This document shows positions 1-10,846 of a stretch of 27,985 bases of DNA, piece by piece. This stretch comes from Trichinella spiralis. Lineage: Eukaryota. The stretch is from positions 1,719,045 through 1,747,029 of the forward strand of contig NW_003526944.1 in the NCBI RefSeq assembly GCF_000181795.1. Direction: 5' to 3'. How positions within the stretch are numbered: position 1 is the first letter of the stretch; each line of letters begins with the position of its first letter. A program made the translations under genes and the position numbers. A model generated the notes under the pieces. The model searched no databases. It worked only from the letters and a program-made list of their open reading frames with translations, and was not told the DNA's origin.

Positions 1-1602
1 CTGCGGAGAAAATTGCAGCTTTGCGGTCGAAAGCTTTGGCACGTAAAAGGACGCAGATTAAAAACACTGAAGAAGAAATTGAAGAACCAACTCGGACTTT
101 TGTTGAAAGTGATCAACTGGACGCCAACCGTGACATCATATCTCGCGAAAGAACTTACCGTACAAGAACAACTGTAATGCAATCATCCGTTGTAAGCATC
201 CGTTTTTTTTTGTTTTGTGTTTCTTTATAATTTTTTTAAGCATTAATGGGTTGAATGAATGGGGGATATTTATTTTTCAATTTGACATTGAGACTTGTTT
301 TTTAGTAGTTAGTTATTTGTAAATTTCAAAATGCTTGATTTAGTATTTTATTGTAGTTGACGACTGCACAATGCAGTATTTATTGAAGATACTTTTTAAA
401 ATGAAAGTGAACTTTTGTTGTAATTTTTTTCAGAATTTAGCCAATCAAATTTTTGGCATTCTCGAAAGAATGAAAATAAAGGAAAATAGGAATCGCCCAC
501 AGCCGGCGGTTGCTCCGGAAGCGGTAGAGAAACACAGAGCGGGTTACAGTCGTTACGCGCAAGAACGTTTCAGGAAAGAAGGTTATTTATTATTTCTTTT
601 AGCAGAGAAAAAAAATATTTTTGAAATTTGAATTTTTATTTTTTTTAGAAACTGAGGATTTCAATATTGATACGAAACGCTCTTTTGCTGCCCAAGCGAT
701 GAAAATTGATGAACATCTCGAACCTAAGAAAACAATTCCAGATTCTGCGAAAGTTATCTCGAATGCTATCAAGCCACCCATGAAGCGTGGTATGATGAAT
801 AAAATTATTAATTAATTAATTTATTTAAGTGAATATTTTAGTTTCACGCACACCAATTATTATCATTCCGTCTGCAAATTCTTCATTGATAACGGTGTTC
901 AACGTACGTGAGCTGTTAGAAAATTTTCGGTTGGTTCAGTTCAATTTTTATGTTATCATCATGTTTGTTGTTTTCGTCGTTGCTATTCAGATATATTCCA
1001 TTGTAGATTTGTCAGTTCTGCAGAGAAACGTGCAGCTGGGGTTAAACGTGAACCCGAAGTGCTGATACAACGATGCAAGGAGGGTGGGGTGACAGTGCCG
1101 TATCGTGTTGTTGACAATCCGATGAGATTTTTACCCGAAGAATGGTATATGCATAATTATTCAAATTTATGATAATGGCAGAATTGCTCAGCTGTTTTTT
1201 TCTTTGAACTATTGTTCAGGGACCGCGTTGTTGCAGTATTTGCTCAAGGTCCAGCTTGGCAATTTAAAAATTGGCCATTGGGTGCAACACCAACGGATAT
1301 CTTTTCCAAAGGTATTTTTTTTCTCGAATTCGTTTTATTTACATTATAATTAGGTTTTTTTTACAGTGAAAGCTTTTCACTTAACTTGGGACGATGACAA
1401 ACTGGACAACAACATTAGCCAGTGGGCTGTGGATGTGATGGCTTTATCTAGAACAAAGCGTCATTTGGATCGTGCTATTTTTCAGAAATTTTGGGAAGGT
1501 GTCGAAAGGTAAACTTACAAAAAACTTGCAGAAGGCATTTTTTAAAAATACTAATATACTTTCAGACATATAAAAAGGCACAAGCCATTTCTTCGTCATT
1601 AA
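1..1602 (+). CDS. CDC73: Parafibromin / PAF1 complex subunit CDC73, 5'-truncated by the window edge; 8 exons visible
   Basis: In-phase GT-AG exons: <1-191, 434-581, 649-789, 842-929, 1007-1144, 1220-1311, 1367-1508, 1566-1602 (TAA). The translation carries CDC73 hallmarks: [91 protein letters not shown]. Confidence 0.95.
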
Positions 1603-1715
1603 TTCTTGCTTTCTCGATTTTATGCCATTTTATGCAGCTTTACGCAAGTGTTTTTGGATTCATTTATACATTGAATCGTAATTGCTTGAATTTATCATCT
1701 ATAAAATGAGCGAGA

Positions 1716-1721
1716 AATAAA
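1716..1721 (+). terminator. Probable polyadenylation signal of CDC73
   Basis: AATAAA about 115 nt after the CDC73 stop, followed by a T-rich tract. Confidence 0.6.
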
Positions 1722-1766
1722 AGATTGTTTTTTTTTCTTTTTAATTTTTACAACAATCTTAAACTA

Positions 1767-3011
1767 TTAGATGTGAATATTTGTTTCTTTCAAAATTTGA
1801 GCCCATTTTGGCAGTGGCGTTTCGTATGACCATTCCAAACCAGAATAACGAAAACAGTGCAGGTACATTTCTAAATCGGATGGCTTTGGATCTAGAAATT
1901 TTGTACAGCAAAAGTGACACTCCACGTTGAACCAGCTGCAGTTTTCGAATTTGGTTGGATCAACAGTGCTTTTTCTGTCGATCCATTTTTCGGCAGTGAA
2001 GCAAGTTTTCACAACTTCACGCAGCTCATCCAAAGATTTACCATAGTCGCAGAGTTTGCCTTTGTTGGGTCCAAATGCGTCGCTGTTGTTGTAAATGTAA
2101 TCATTAACAATTGGATAGCCCAAATATTGAAGGTGAACCCGGATTTGGTGAGTACGGCCAGTTTCGGGACAGCATTTCAAAATGGACGTTTTTCCGTCCG
2201 AAAACAGCTTGTAGAATTTGGTCAAACTAGGCTTTCCGTCGGCCGTTATGTACATTATTCCCATAGATTGTGAAAGAACATCCAACGGTTTGTCACACAC
2301 GACCTCTTCTTCAGGAAATTCGCCGTCAACTAAGCATAAATATTCCTTTTTAATCTGATTCTCGATCATCTGCTGGCGCAGTTTCTTTTCAATTTTTTCA
2401 TTTTTCAAGAAAATCACCAAACCCGAAGTCAAGCGATCCAGACGATGGAACGTTTTCAAATTGTCCATTCCGCCGATATGCTTCAAGTATAAAACAAGAC
2501 TGTTGAAATGATAGCGACCACAAGGGTGGACAGGAATCGAGCAAGGTTTATTGACTACCAGAATATCTTCAGTATCTGTCACTATATCCACTGCACTGTC
2601 CAGCACCGGCAATTCATGACGGTGGCACATGTGCCTTATCAAATCTCCATTTTCAACCACATAATCGACACTAGTAGGCTGGCCGTTGACGGTCACTCGG
2701 CCGGCTAGAATAGCTTCTTCAAAAAAATTTCCAATCGGGTTGTACAGTTCATTTTGCAAAACGTCGACCAATCTTCTTCCAAACCATCGTTTTTTGGCAA
2801 ACACGTAATAGTGGAACCAATACGGTCGTACTTTGCGCAAGCCGTTTTCTGTGAAATAAGGCGGCGATTCAACCATCGCTTCGCATTGCAACTTTTCACG
2901 TATTGCAACCCTTCTACGCTTCACCTTGGTTGGTTGGAATTTTTTCAGCGGCGGTTCTCCACTGTCCAAATTCACGCTCATCATGCACTGCAACATGTAA
3001 AATTTCAACAT
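1767..3011 (-). CDS. RPUSD2: RluA-family RNA pseudouridine synthase (RPUSD2-like), intronless CDS; the real start may be the ATG at 2984
   Basis: Uninterrupted 414-aa ORF with LRKVRPYWF..KKRWFGR, an S4-like segment, VVNKPCSIPVHPCGRY, catalytic HRLDRLTSG, and GRTHQIRVHLQYLGYPIVND. A TTGCAG acceptor (AG at 2989-2988, minus strand) directly precedes TGC ATG ATG. Confidence 0.92.
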   Translation of the reverse strand: MLKFYMLQCMMSVNLDSGEPPLKKFQPTKVKRRRVAIREKLQCEAMVESPPYFTENGLRKVRPYWFHYYVFAKKRWFGRRLVDVLQNELYNPIGNFFEEAILAGRVTVNGQPTSVDYVVENGDLIRHMCHRHELPVLDSAVDIVTDTEDILVVNKPCSIPVHPCGRYHFNSLVLYLKHIGGMDNLKTFHRLDRLTSGLVIFLKNEKIEKKLRQQMIENQIKKEYLCLVDGEFPEEEVVCDKPLDVLSQSMGIMYITADGKPSLTKFYKLFSDGKTSILKCCPETGRTHQIRVHLQYLGYPIVNDYIYNNSDAFGPNKGKLCDYGKSLDELREVVKTCFTAEKWIDRKSTVDPTKFENCSWFNVECHFCCTKFLDPKPSDLEMYLHCFRYSGLEWSYETPLPKWAQILKETNIHI

Positions 3012-3170
3012 TTAACCAGGACATTGAAAAAAAAAGAAATAACGGTTCCTTCAAATTGGGCAAAACTTTCTCTTTTACCTGTACTTTTGTTGAATTTGAA
3101 AAAATGTGACTCAGCCGAAGCGCATGTCGCCGATTGAAAATGTTCAATATTGGAAGAATTGTTCTCAATT

Positions 3171-3720
3171 TTACAAAAATTGTATTTCCAACAACAATTC
3201 ATCTACAAAACAATGTTTTCATACTGTAGTATTTCAAAACTCAAGATTAATTTTTTAATATAATTTTTCTGCTTAAAAATTAAAAATTTAATCAACAAAT
3301 AATACTCTTGAATAAGTTTAAAATTTAAAATTAAGCAAAAATAATAATAAATTTTAAAAATGTTTCTGAGTTCAAAAACAATTTTGCTTCATAAAATTGA
3401 AGAAAACTTTTTTTTCTTTTTTGAAAATTAAAATCAATCTGTGAAAATAAATTAGCAAATAAAATTAATAAACATTGCAATTAAACATCAAATGAACCTT
3501 ATTGTTTTTTTCTACCGTATTTCAGTTCACTCGCATATTGGAACTGGTTTTGCAGCTTGAATGCACGGCGTCGTCGAGCTTCCTTTAACATTGTTTTCTT
3601 CTTTTCGGAAGTAATGCGTTGATATATTTTTCGTAGAACAAAGTGAGTGAATATTTCCATTTTCAGATGCATTTCTATTTGATTATTAAACGATGCGATC
3701 CGATTTTCAATTTCTTCCAT
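3171..3720 (-). CDS. Small hypothetical protein (about 78 aa, 2 exons), basic and helical
   Basis: Exon 1 runs 3720-3516 (ATG in AAAATGG context; MEEIENRIASF...YASELKY; donor G|GTAGAA). A very AT-rich intron 3515-3203 ends in TTTTGTAG. Exon 2 runs 3202-3171 in phase (DELLLEIQFL*). No family confidently recognised. Confidence 0.55.
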
Positions 3721-3929
3721 TTTGATTGTTATTCGCTTAATTGAAAACACTCCTGCCAGTTATACTTGTGTAGTATATGTTGATGTGATCTCTTAGATGT
3801 CAGTAGGAAATGTTTCCGTTTCTTCAAACTATTTTAATACATGGAAGAGGCGAAAATTTTCATCATAGTTTTTTTCTGCTTTAAAAAAAATATTTGGTTC
3901 ATAATAGGTGTGGTTTGCGAATTGGAAAA

Positions 3930-6900
3930 ATGATCGAAGAAGTGCATAGTTTAAAAGCTGAAGGAAATTTGCACTACGAATCTGGAAATTGGGAAAAAGC
4001 AAAAGAGTATTATAATAAAGCGCTTAAAGCGTGCCCATCTGAAGATAAAGTCACTCTGGCAGCTTTGTTGAAAAATATGGCAGCTGTGTCGCTGAAACTA
4101 GAGGATTATGTTTCTGCGGAAAATCAAGCTTCTCAAGGTAAAAGATATATGTATATGTGTTGATGCATTTTTTTGAGAATCTCTATCAAATATATCGATA
4201 ATTTGATTTAAATTAATTCATTATATTAAGGTGTTTTTTATTTTTGTATTATTTTAGAATTGGCATTCATTTTACATATGCATTCTGATTCACTTTTGTC
4301 GAATTAATTTTTATTAGTTACTTAAATTTTTTTATCTAAATAATTGCATAATTATAATGATTGTTAGGTTGACTTTTTATTTAATTGTTTTACTGTAGTA
4401 TTTTATTTGTTATGAAAGTTATATCTGAATTTATAAAAATTATTTTTCGTATTATTTATGTGTTTATCTCATATAGAGTCAGAACATTTTGCTCCAATAT
4501 GTGTCATTTTTGTTTTAAACTAATAATCTTCGCATTTGCTTCTTATTCGCTGTTTATCTTATTTTGTTTTATTTTTTCCGTGAGATAGATGAGCAGAAAA
4601 GTAGATCTATTCGTGAGAATAAAAGGGAATTGTGAAAATTCAATTTTATAAGGTTTTACTTTGTGAAATTTTTATGCAGTGCATTTTTAGCGTTGGAATG
4701 TGCACCAAACGATCCGAAAGCTTTATATCGCCGAAGCACTGCACGCAGTTGTTTGAATAAATATTCTGAAGCATTAGCAGATGCAAAGCGAGCGCTTCAT
4801 TATGAACCTAATAATAAAGCTATTGTCAAGCAGTTTCAAGATTTGAATATTATTATTCAAAAAAATGTAAGCAATTTATTGTTGATTTCTCTTTTTCTGT
4901 GATGAATAGTTGTGTTTAGGCAGAGAAATTGAGTTCAACCGAAGCTAAATTGCAAGATATGCTAAAAATTTGTTTCAGCGTTGAAGCAAATGTGGAAAAT
5001 CGTATTCAGGTTTGATAATATAAATTTCAACTTTACGAACACTTTTTTACTTTCCAAGTGAGAAAATATCCATCTTTTTCAGGCACTTCATAATATTATG
5101 GTTTTGGTTGGTTTTAACGATGGGGCTCGTTTGTTCACGGAATGCGGTGGTTTGGCTCGTCTGATGAAACTGATTGACGACGAGAGCAATACTGATTTGC
5201 TGTTAGCTGCGTTTAGAGTTTTGACCGAGTTGGCTACTTCTGAAGAACGAGTATTATTATAATAGCAAAAGAAAAAAAATCTATTTTTGATGATCAGTTT
5301 TGATTATTTCAAATTTTAGCTTGGATTTTTATTGAAAGTTGCGGATTCAAAAACTATTGTATATTTGTTAAATTGTTCGGATGATCGATGTTGTCAAGCG
5401 GCCGTGGTGCTTGTGCAGCGCTGCTTCAATACTTTGGCGGCTATGGATTTCCAAAAGCAAAAGTTACCGGACGAAATTGTGGTGGAACGTGAGAATTTTT
5501 TGCATTAATTTTTTTCTTATTCTGAAATAATCTCTTAATTTTGCCCGTGATGAGCATCTTCAGGCAACAAAGTGAAGATTGTGGGATTTTTGTTTGAATT
5601 GAAACGAATACTTGTCGATCCGACCGTATCAGCTATGGGCAGAGACTGTGCTATTCAGTTGTTGTCAAAAATATTGCCGCACAGAGTTGGCGGCTTGCCA
5701 AAAGGATGGTCACTTGAATTTGTACAAAATGATGGTATCGTTATTTTTTTTATGAGTTGTTACAGCTTTTTCAAGCTTTGTTTTGAATATGAATTTTTTT
5801 TACTATCTTATGTTTGATTTGTGTAATTTAATTTATTTCACAGGTTTGGATAGGTTGATGACTGTCGGTTGCAGTATTCCCGAAAGGGCATTGGTTCCTG
5901 TTACTTATGAAACTAGAGACTATTTGGCGCTTTGTTTGACAAATATTTACGACGATATGCTATCGGACAAGAACAGAAGCATTTACACTGATCGAATGGA
6001 AAAATTTATCCAGTAATTTTGTACTTTTTTAAATTGCACTTTATATATTTTTTAAATTATCTCCTTTATTACTGAACGCGAATATTGTACAATTTAGGAC
6101 GAAAAGGGAGAAAATTACAGATGGTGTGAAAATAGAAATTTGCTCGCTGTTTACAACACTTTTGGGGGTTAGCTGAACTTTGTATAGTTTTGTTTGAAAA
6201 ATTCAAATTTCTTTTTTATTACACAGGGTCCTGTGGATGTAGCATTCCAGTTTGTCGCAAAGCCTGAATTTACACAACTTCTGCTGGAAATGGCAGCTTC
6301 GGATGATCAGTTGAATCAGGTAAAAATAATTTTTTATTCAATTATTGGTCTGATGTATTTTTGCTTTATTGCAGAGCGTAGCTGTTGAGGCGATCATGCA
6401 TACTGTAAGTAAGCGTGACCGTTGTTCAGTCTTTTTGGCACAGGGAAAATCGGTTTTGAAAAAGTTGTTCAACTCTTCAAACGACGTAGTTCGAGTGAAA
6501 GCTTTGGTGGTAAGATTCAATGTGAAAAATAATTATTTGAGATCTTAGAAAAAATTTATTTATTATTGTTCTTTGAATATACATTTTCATTTCATGTTTT
6601 TCTTAGCTGATTTCTGAAGGGCTGGAGTTTTACTGGGTTAGCTATTAATAATTAGTCGAAAATTTAAGTAAATAAATGAACATTTTGCCGGCTATTTCTT
6701 TTTATTATTTATTATATTTATGTATTTTTAAAGAATCTAACCATCAGTATGAAATCTATCACAGAAATATTTTTGAAACCTAAGTTAATATTTAATTTAG
6801 GGTTTGTGCAAAATTTCCTCATCTGGTGGAAATGACATAAGCATGAGACCTACTGGTGAACTGTCCATGTTACGTCTTGCTAACATTTGCAAAAAGTTTG

Positions 6901-9209
6901 TATTGGAATTTAACTTTTCGCTTGCAAGAAGATGTAGCTTGAAATAAATTTCTTAAAATAGTTATTTTTTTTGAAAAAATAGATATTTGCTTGAAAATAA
7001 AAGTATCGATATTTGTCGTTGGGCTGCAGAAGGCTTGGCATATTTAACATTGGATGCAGATGTGAAGGAATGGTTAGTATCTGATGTGAATCTTATTCGA
7101 CGTTTGGTTGCCTTTGCAAAAGTAAGTAATATTTGTTATGTGCATTTATTTATTGTTAATGCGTCATACGATATTAGCAAGCTGGTCAGTTGTGCGTTTT
7201 TGGCGTGAGTACAATTTTGGTAAATTTGACCAACACTTATGATAAAAAAGAGCCAGAACCAGAATTGATCGAGTTGGCAAAATTTGCTAAACACCACATT
7301 CCTGTTGCTAACCCGAAGGATTCTGATGAATACGTGAAAAATCGAATTGAACTGTTAGTTAACGAAGGCGCAGTTTCTGCCTGTGTAGCATTGTCTAACA
7401 CAGAGAGTGAACGTTGTCGAGAATTTTTGGCAAGGTATTCGTCTACATCAGTGATTCTCAAAGTGGGGTCCATGGAGGCATTGCTGGGGGTCCACGGAGA
7501 CATTTTCAGATGTCCACTCCTTCACGTTATTTAATTTCAGTTGAAATTGCTGAGAACCGTCTCATATAACGCGCCATGTCGATGCTTCATTTACACATTC
7601 AGTTCATTCTATCCAATGCAACAATTACTCTGGTTCCAAATCCCCTTACCGTACTCCCTCCTGCTCCCTGCACATCAAATGAACTGTAAGGGTCACGGCA
7701 ACATCATGGTTATTGAAGGTTCCATGGCCAGTTCAACTTTGGGAATCACTGGTCTACATCTTAAAATTTTTTTTCTTTGAATCAGCGCTGTTTTTGTTCT
7801 CTTTAAGAGCATTGCGTGGCTTTACAACAGAACCACAACATCGTGGAATCGTGGTTCAAGAAGGTGGTGTAAAGGTGAAGATAATATTTTGATTTGTACA
7901 TGCATATAAGTCTATATGTGTATATATGTATATATATATATATAGCTTTTGATTGACCTGGCTCAAAGATGCACTGAAGAGGGAAAAATAATTGCAGCAC
8001 ATGCTCTGGCAAGAATAGGAATAACAATGGATCCAAAAATGGCATTTTCAGGACAACGTTGTTACGAAGTTGTGAAACCGATTATTTCTTTACTTCATCC
8101 GGATATGTCAGCCGAGCAAAATTACGAAGCACTGTTAGCATTGACTAATCTTGCAGCTGTCAGTGATTCAGTCAGGTTGGTTTTTATTGAATCGAAAATT
8201 TTACTTTGTTTTTGAATGAAAACTTTTTTACTTTCTTCAATTTTAGGAATAAAATGGTACAAGAGAAGGTATTGGCAAAATTAGAAGAATTTTGGTTTTT
8301 ACAAGAGCACGAACCGCTGCGTGCTGCATCTGCAGAACTGTTTCACAATTTATTGTTAAACGAAAAGGTCGCTTTTTGAAGTTTCATTATTCAAGCTGGA
8401 AATGTGGATTTTTGCATTTTTTGTAGGTTTTTGAACAAGTAGCAAAACCTGGCACAGATCGGCTCAAGTTGTGGTTGCTTTATTGCTCAGAAGAAGATGA
8501 TGAACGATTGGCGTTGATTTCCACCTCTGCAGTGCTATTGCTCACTGAAGATGCCTCTGTATGTAGCCGAATTGTTCAAGAGGTAAAAATTGACGGCAGT
8601 TGCATGTTTTTTTTTCTTTTTTTGCTATAATTTAATCTTAATAATAATTAGAAATTAATTTTATCACATGAATTATTTGGCAAGTTGTGAAAAAAATTAA
8701 TATTGCGAATGTTTGCGACAACGAATATTAAGTTTCAACAGGCTTAATCGGTGTTTAATGTTTAGCATCCTAATTGGCCAGACCTGTTTAAAGCGCCATG
8801 CATGCACGAAAATGAACAACTTCAACTGAATGCAATAGCATGCGTGAAAAATCTGATGAGTTCTGGGAAAGAAGCTGCAGCTCAGGTGGTCAGCAGTGAA
8901 TTATTTGAAGTGGGTGACTTTTGTAATGATCGTTTGCCCTATTATGATTTTTTTTCCATAGAAAAAACTTATTTTATTTATCAATCATATTTTGTATGTA
9001 ATATGTTTTATTTAAATGGAAGAAATTATTGTATATGTATATTTTTTTAGATTCTTGTTGCGATTTGCAAATTGCCCAAATCGAACAGAGAAAAGGCAGC
9101 TACGTTAGCTTACGAGACGCTGAAATTAGCTGTCACGTATGATTTAGTGAAGCCAACTTCGCGTGAATTATACGAACAGCTAACAGGAAAGCCAACAGTG
9201 TGCCTTTAG
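3930..9209 (+). CDS. unc-45: UNC-45 myosin chaperone (TPR + central + UCS domains), 19 exons, about 938 aa
   Basis: Exons 3930-4137, 4691-4866, 4920-5009, 5083-5250, 5320-5488, 5564-5734, 5844-6012, 6098-6167, 6227-6319, 6375-6509, 6801-6895, 6983-7121, 7178-7434, 7808-7874, 7946-8175, 8247-8367, 8427-8582, 8766-8909, 9051-9209 total 2817 nt in one frame. TPR motifs LKAEGN and KALYRR; UCS motifs RWAAEGLAYLTLDADVKE, LAKFAKHHIP, NYEALLALTNLA, DRLKLWLLY. Confidence 0.96.
7449..7751. mobile_element. Non-autonomous hAT-superfamily DNA transposon (MITE, Charlie/Buster-like), 303 bp, in unc-45 intron 13
   Basis: Left TIR CAGTGATTCTCAAAGT (7449-7464); right TIR ACTTTGGGAATCACTG (7736-7751; reverse complement CAGTGATTCCCAAAGT, 15/16 match). 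Perfect 8-bp TSD GTCTACAT at 7441-7448 and 7752-7759. Subterminal GGGTCCAYGG-like repeats. GC content is visibly higher than in neighbouring introns. Confidence 0.92.
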
Positions 9210-9320
9210 ACTGTCCAAAAAATCTTTAGTTAGAAAGGTAGTAAGAATGTTTTATACTGGATATAATTTTGTCCAAGATTGTTTGCCATCTGAACATGTG
9301 AATGCAGTTTTAAATAAGTT

Positions 9321-9885
9321 TAGGAATAATGAAAACTTCAGGTAAAAAATATTTAGTTACCGCATGACTTAGAAATGTTTTTTTTTTCACTTTTTTACCT
9401 TGAAATGTGATGAAATTTCTTTTCAGATAGACTGATATTTTTTGTACTTCGTGAAAATTACTGTTTTTATTTGATTTTGATTTTTATGCATTTCTTTCAT
9501 TATTGTGTGTCTCTGTGTCTATATCAGCAAAATGTGTCTTCCTGTTCAATATTACAATTACTCAATGAATTTCAATGTTACAATGCATTAATGTTTTACT
9601 ATGAAAATCTTTTTCGTTCGAAATTGTTTTACGTTGTTTTGGATGTGACATATTGTAATTTAGTAAATGAAACTTGAGAATAATGAAAATTTCAGATAAA
9701 TTATTTAGTTGAAGAATAGCTGAGAAATTATTTTTACCTTTTATTGAAGTTTTAAAGAAAAATCTCTTTTGAAATAATAGATGGACAATTTTTGCTTCGT
9801 GAAAATTCGTGAAAGCTATTTCTGTTTTTCGAAAATAGCTGTTTTTTGTTTCATTTTGATTTTTTCTGTATTTATATCCATTGTC
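9321..9885 (+). repeat. Degenerate direct duplication (period about 354 bp) downstream of unc-45
   Basis: GAATAATGAAAACTTCAGGTAAAAAATATTTAGTT (about 9324) matches GAATAATGAAAATTTCAGATAAATTATTTAGTT (about 9678). Shared collinear blocks TTTTTACCTT, CTTCGTGAAAATT and CTGTTTTT..TT[G/C]ATTTTGATTTTT follow in both copies. Confidence 0.65.
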
Positions 9886-10846
9886 TGAACGATATTTGTA
9901 GGTATTTTAACCAGTCTTGCCTTCATTGTTGAACAACGAAATTTTAAGTTTATATATTTTTTAAATTTGTGCATTATCCATTTTTGAAGTTATCATTTTA
10001 GGAATTTTTGTATTTGACTATTAATGTTTTTTATTTATGCTTGAGGGTGTAACTTGAAAATATAATGTGAAAAACCAGTTCTGCATAATTTTGTTACAAT
10101 ATATAATTCTGTGATGAAGTTTCTGATTTATGAAAAAAGCATTCAGTCCTACATGGTTTAAACACCTCATTGTAACCGACCATACGCTTTTTTTGTTTTT
10201 TTGACGTTTATGAATTAATATAAATTATAGCATAAATTATATTCTTCATGATTAACGAAATAGCAGTAGTCTGCTAAAGTAATAATTATTTACTTCTTGT
10301 TTTAACGTTGAATGTGTTTGTACCTGAAAATTTTTAGATACTGTATTCGAGATGGTCGAACACCGCACGCCGACTGTAATGTTCCGTACCAATGAGGAGG
10401 CTGTAGTTATCATAACGTTTTTGAAATACGTTGACCTTCGTTTGGACTGTCCAATAGTTGATAATCAATTTCCTCTGTACAGTCTATTCATTATTTTTTT
10501 TGTTTTGTTTCGACCAATTTGTATTCACGCAAAAAAGTTTTTCATTTTTAGCATATCTTTAATTGGGTTGGTTGTTGTCGTAGTTGCTTATCGCTGGCCA
10601 ACCATGCGCTAAGCACTGTGCTGACTAAAACCACTGTCAGCGTTGATTTCTGAGATTCAGTTTAACTGTAATCGTTGGTTTATCGGTTGATGGCGCGTTG
10701 AAACATTTTTTTATTTAAAAGTTTACTTAAATTTAGTTTTGAAACTTTTCTCCGCGAGTGAAATTATAATCGCTTTTTAAATTTGGTTTGTTTTTGAGTG
10801 TGATTTTTTTAACTTTTATTTTTCATTTCAGCTCAGACGAGAGGCG

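Noticed and set aside
5735..5843. unc-45 intron 6 donor GTATCGTT resembles a U12-type 5' site (RTATCCTT); a minor spliceosome has been reported in Trichinella
   Set aside because: There is no TCCTTAAC-like branch point near the 3' end, and the acceptor is an ordinary T-rich ..CAG. Most likely U2-type.
7541..7780. 79-aa ORF inside unc-45 intron 13
   Set aside because: It is a chance open frame in the MITE interior with no transposase motifs.
10111..10195. GTGATGA…CTGA box C/D-like motifs followed by a T-run
   Set aside because: There is no properly placed terminal CTGA, terminal stem or recognisable rRNA antisense element.
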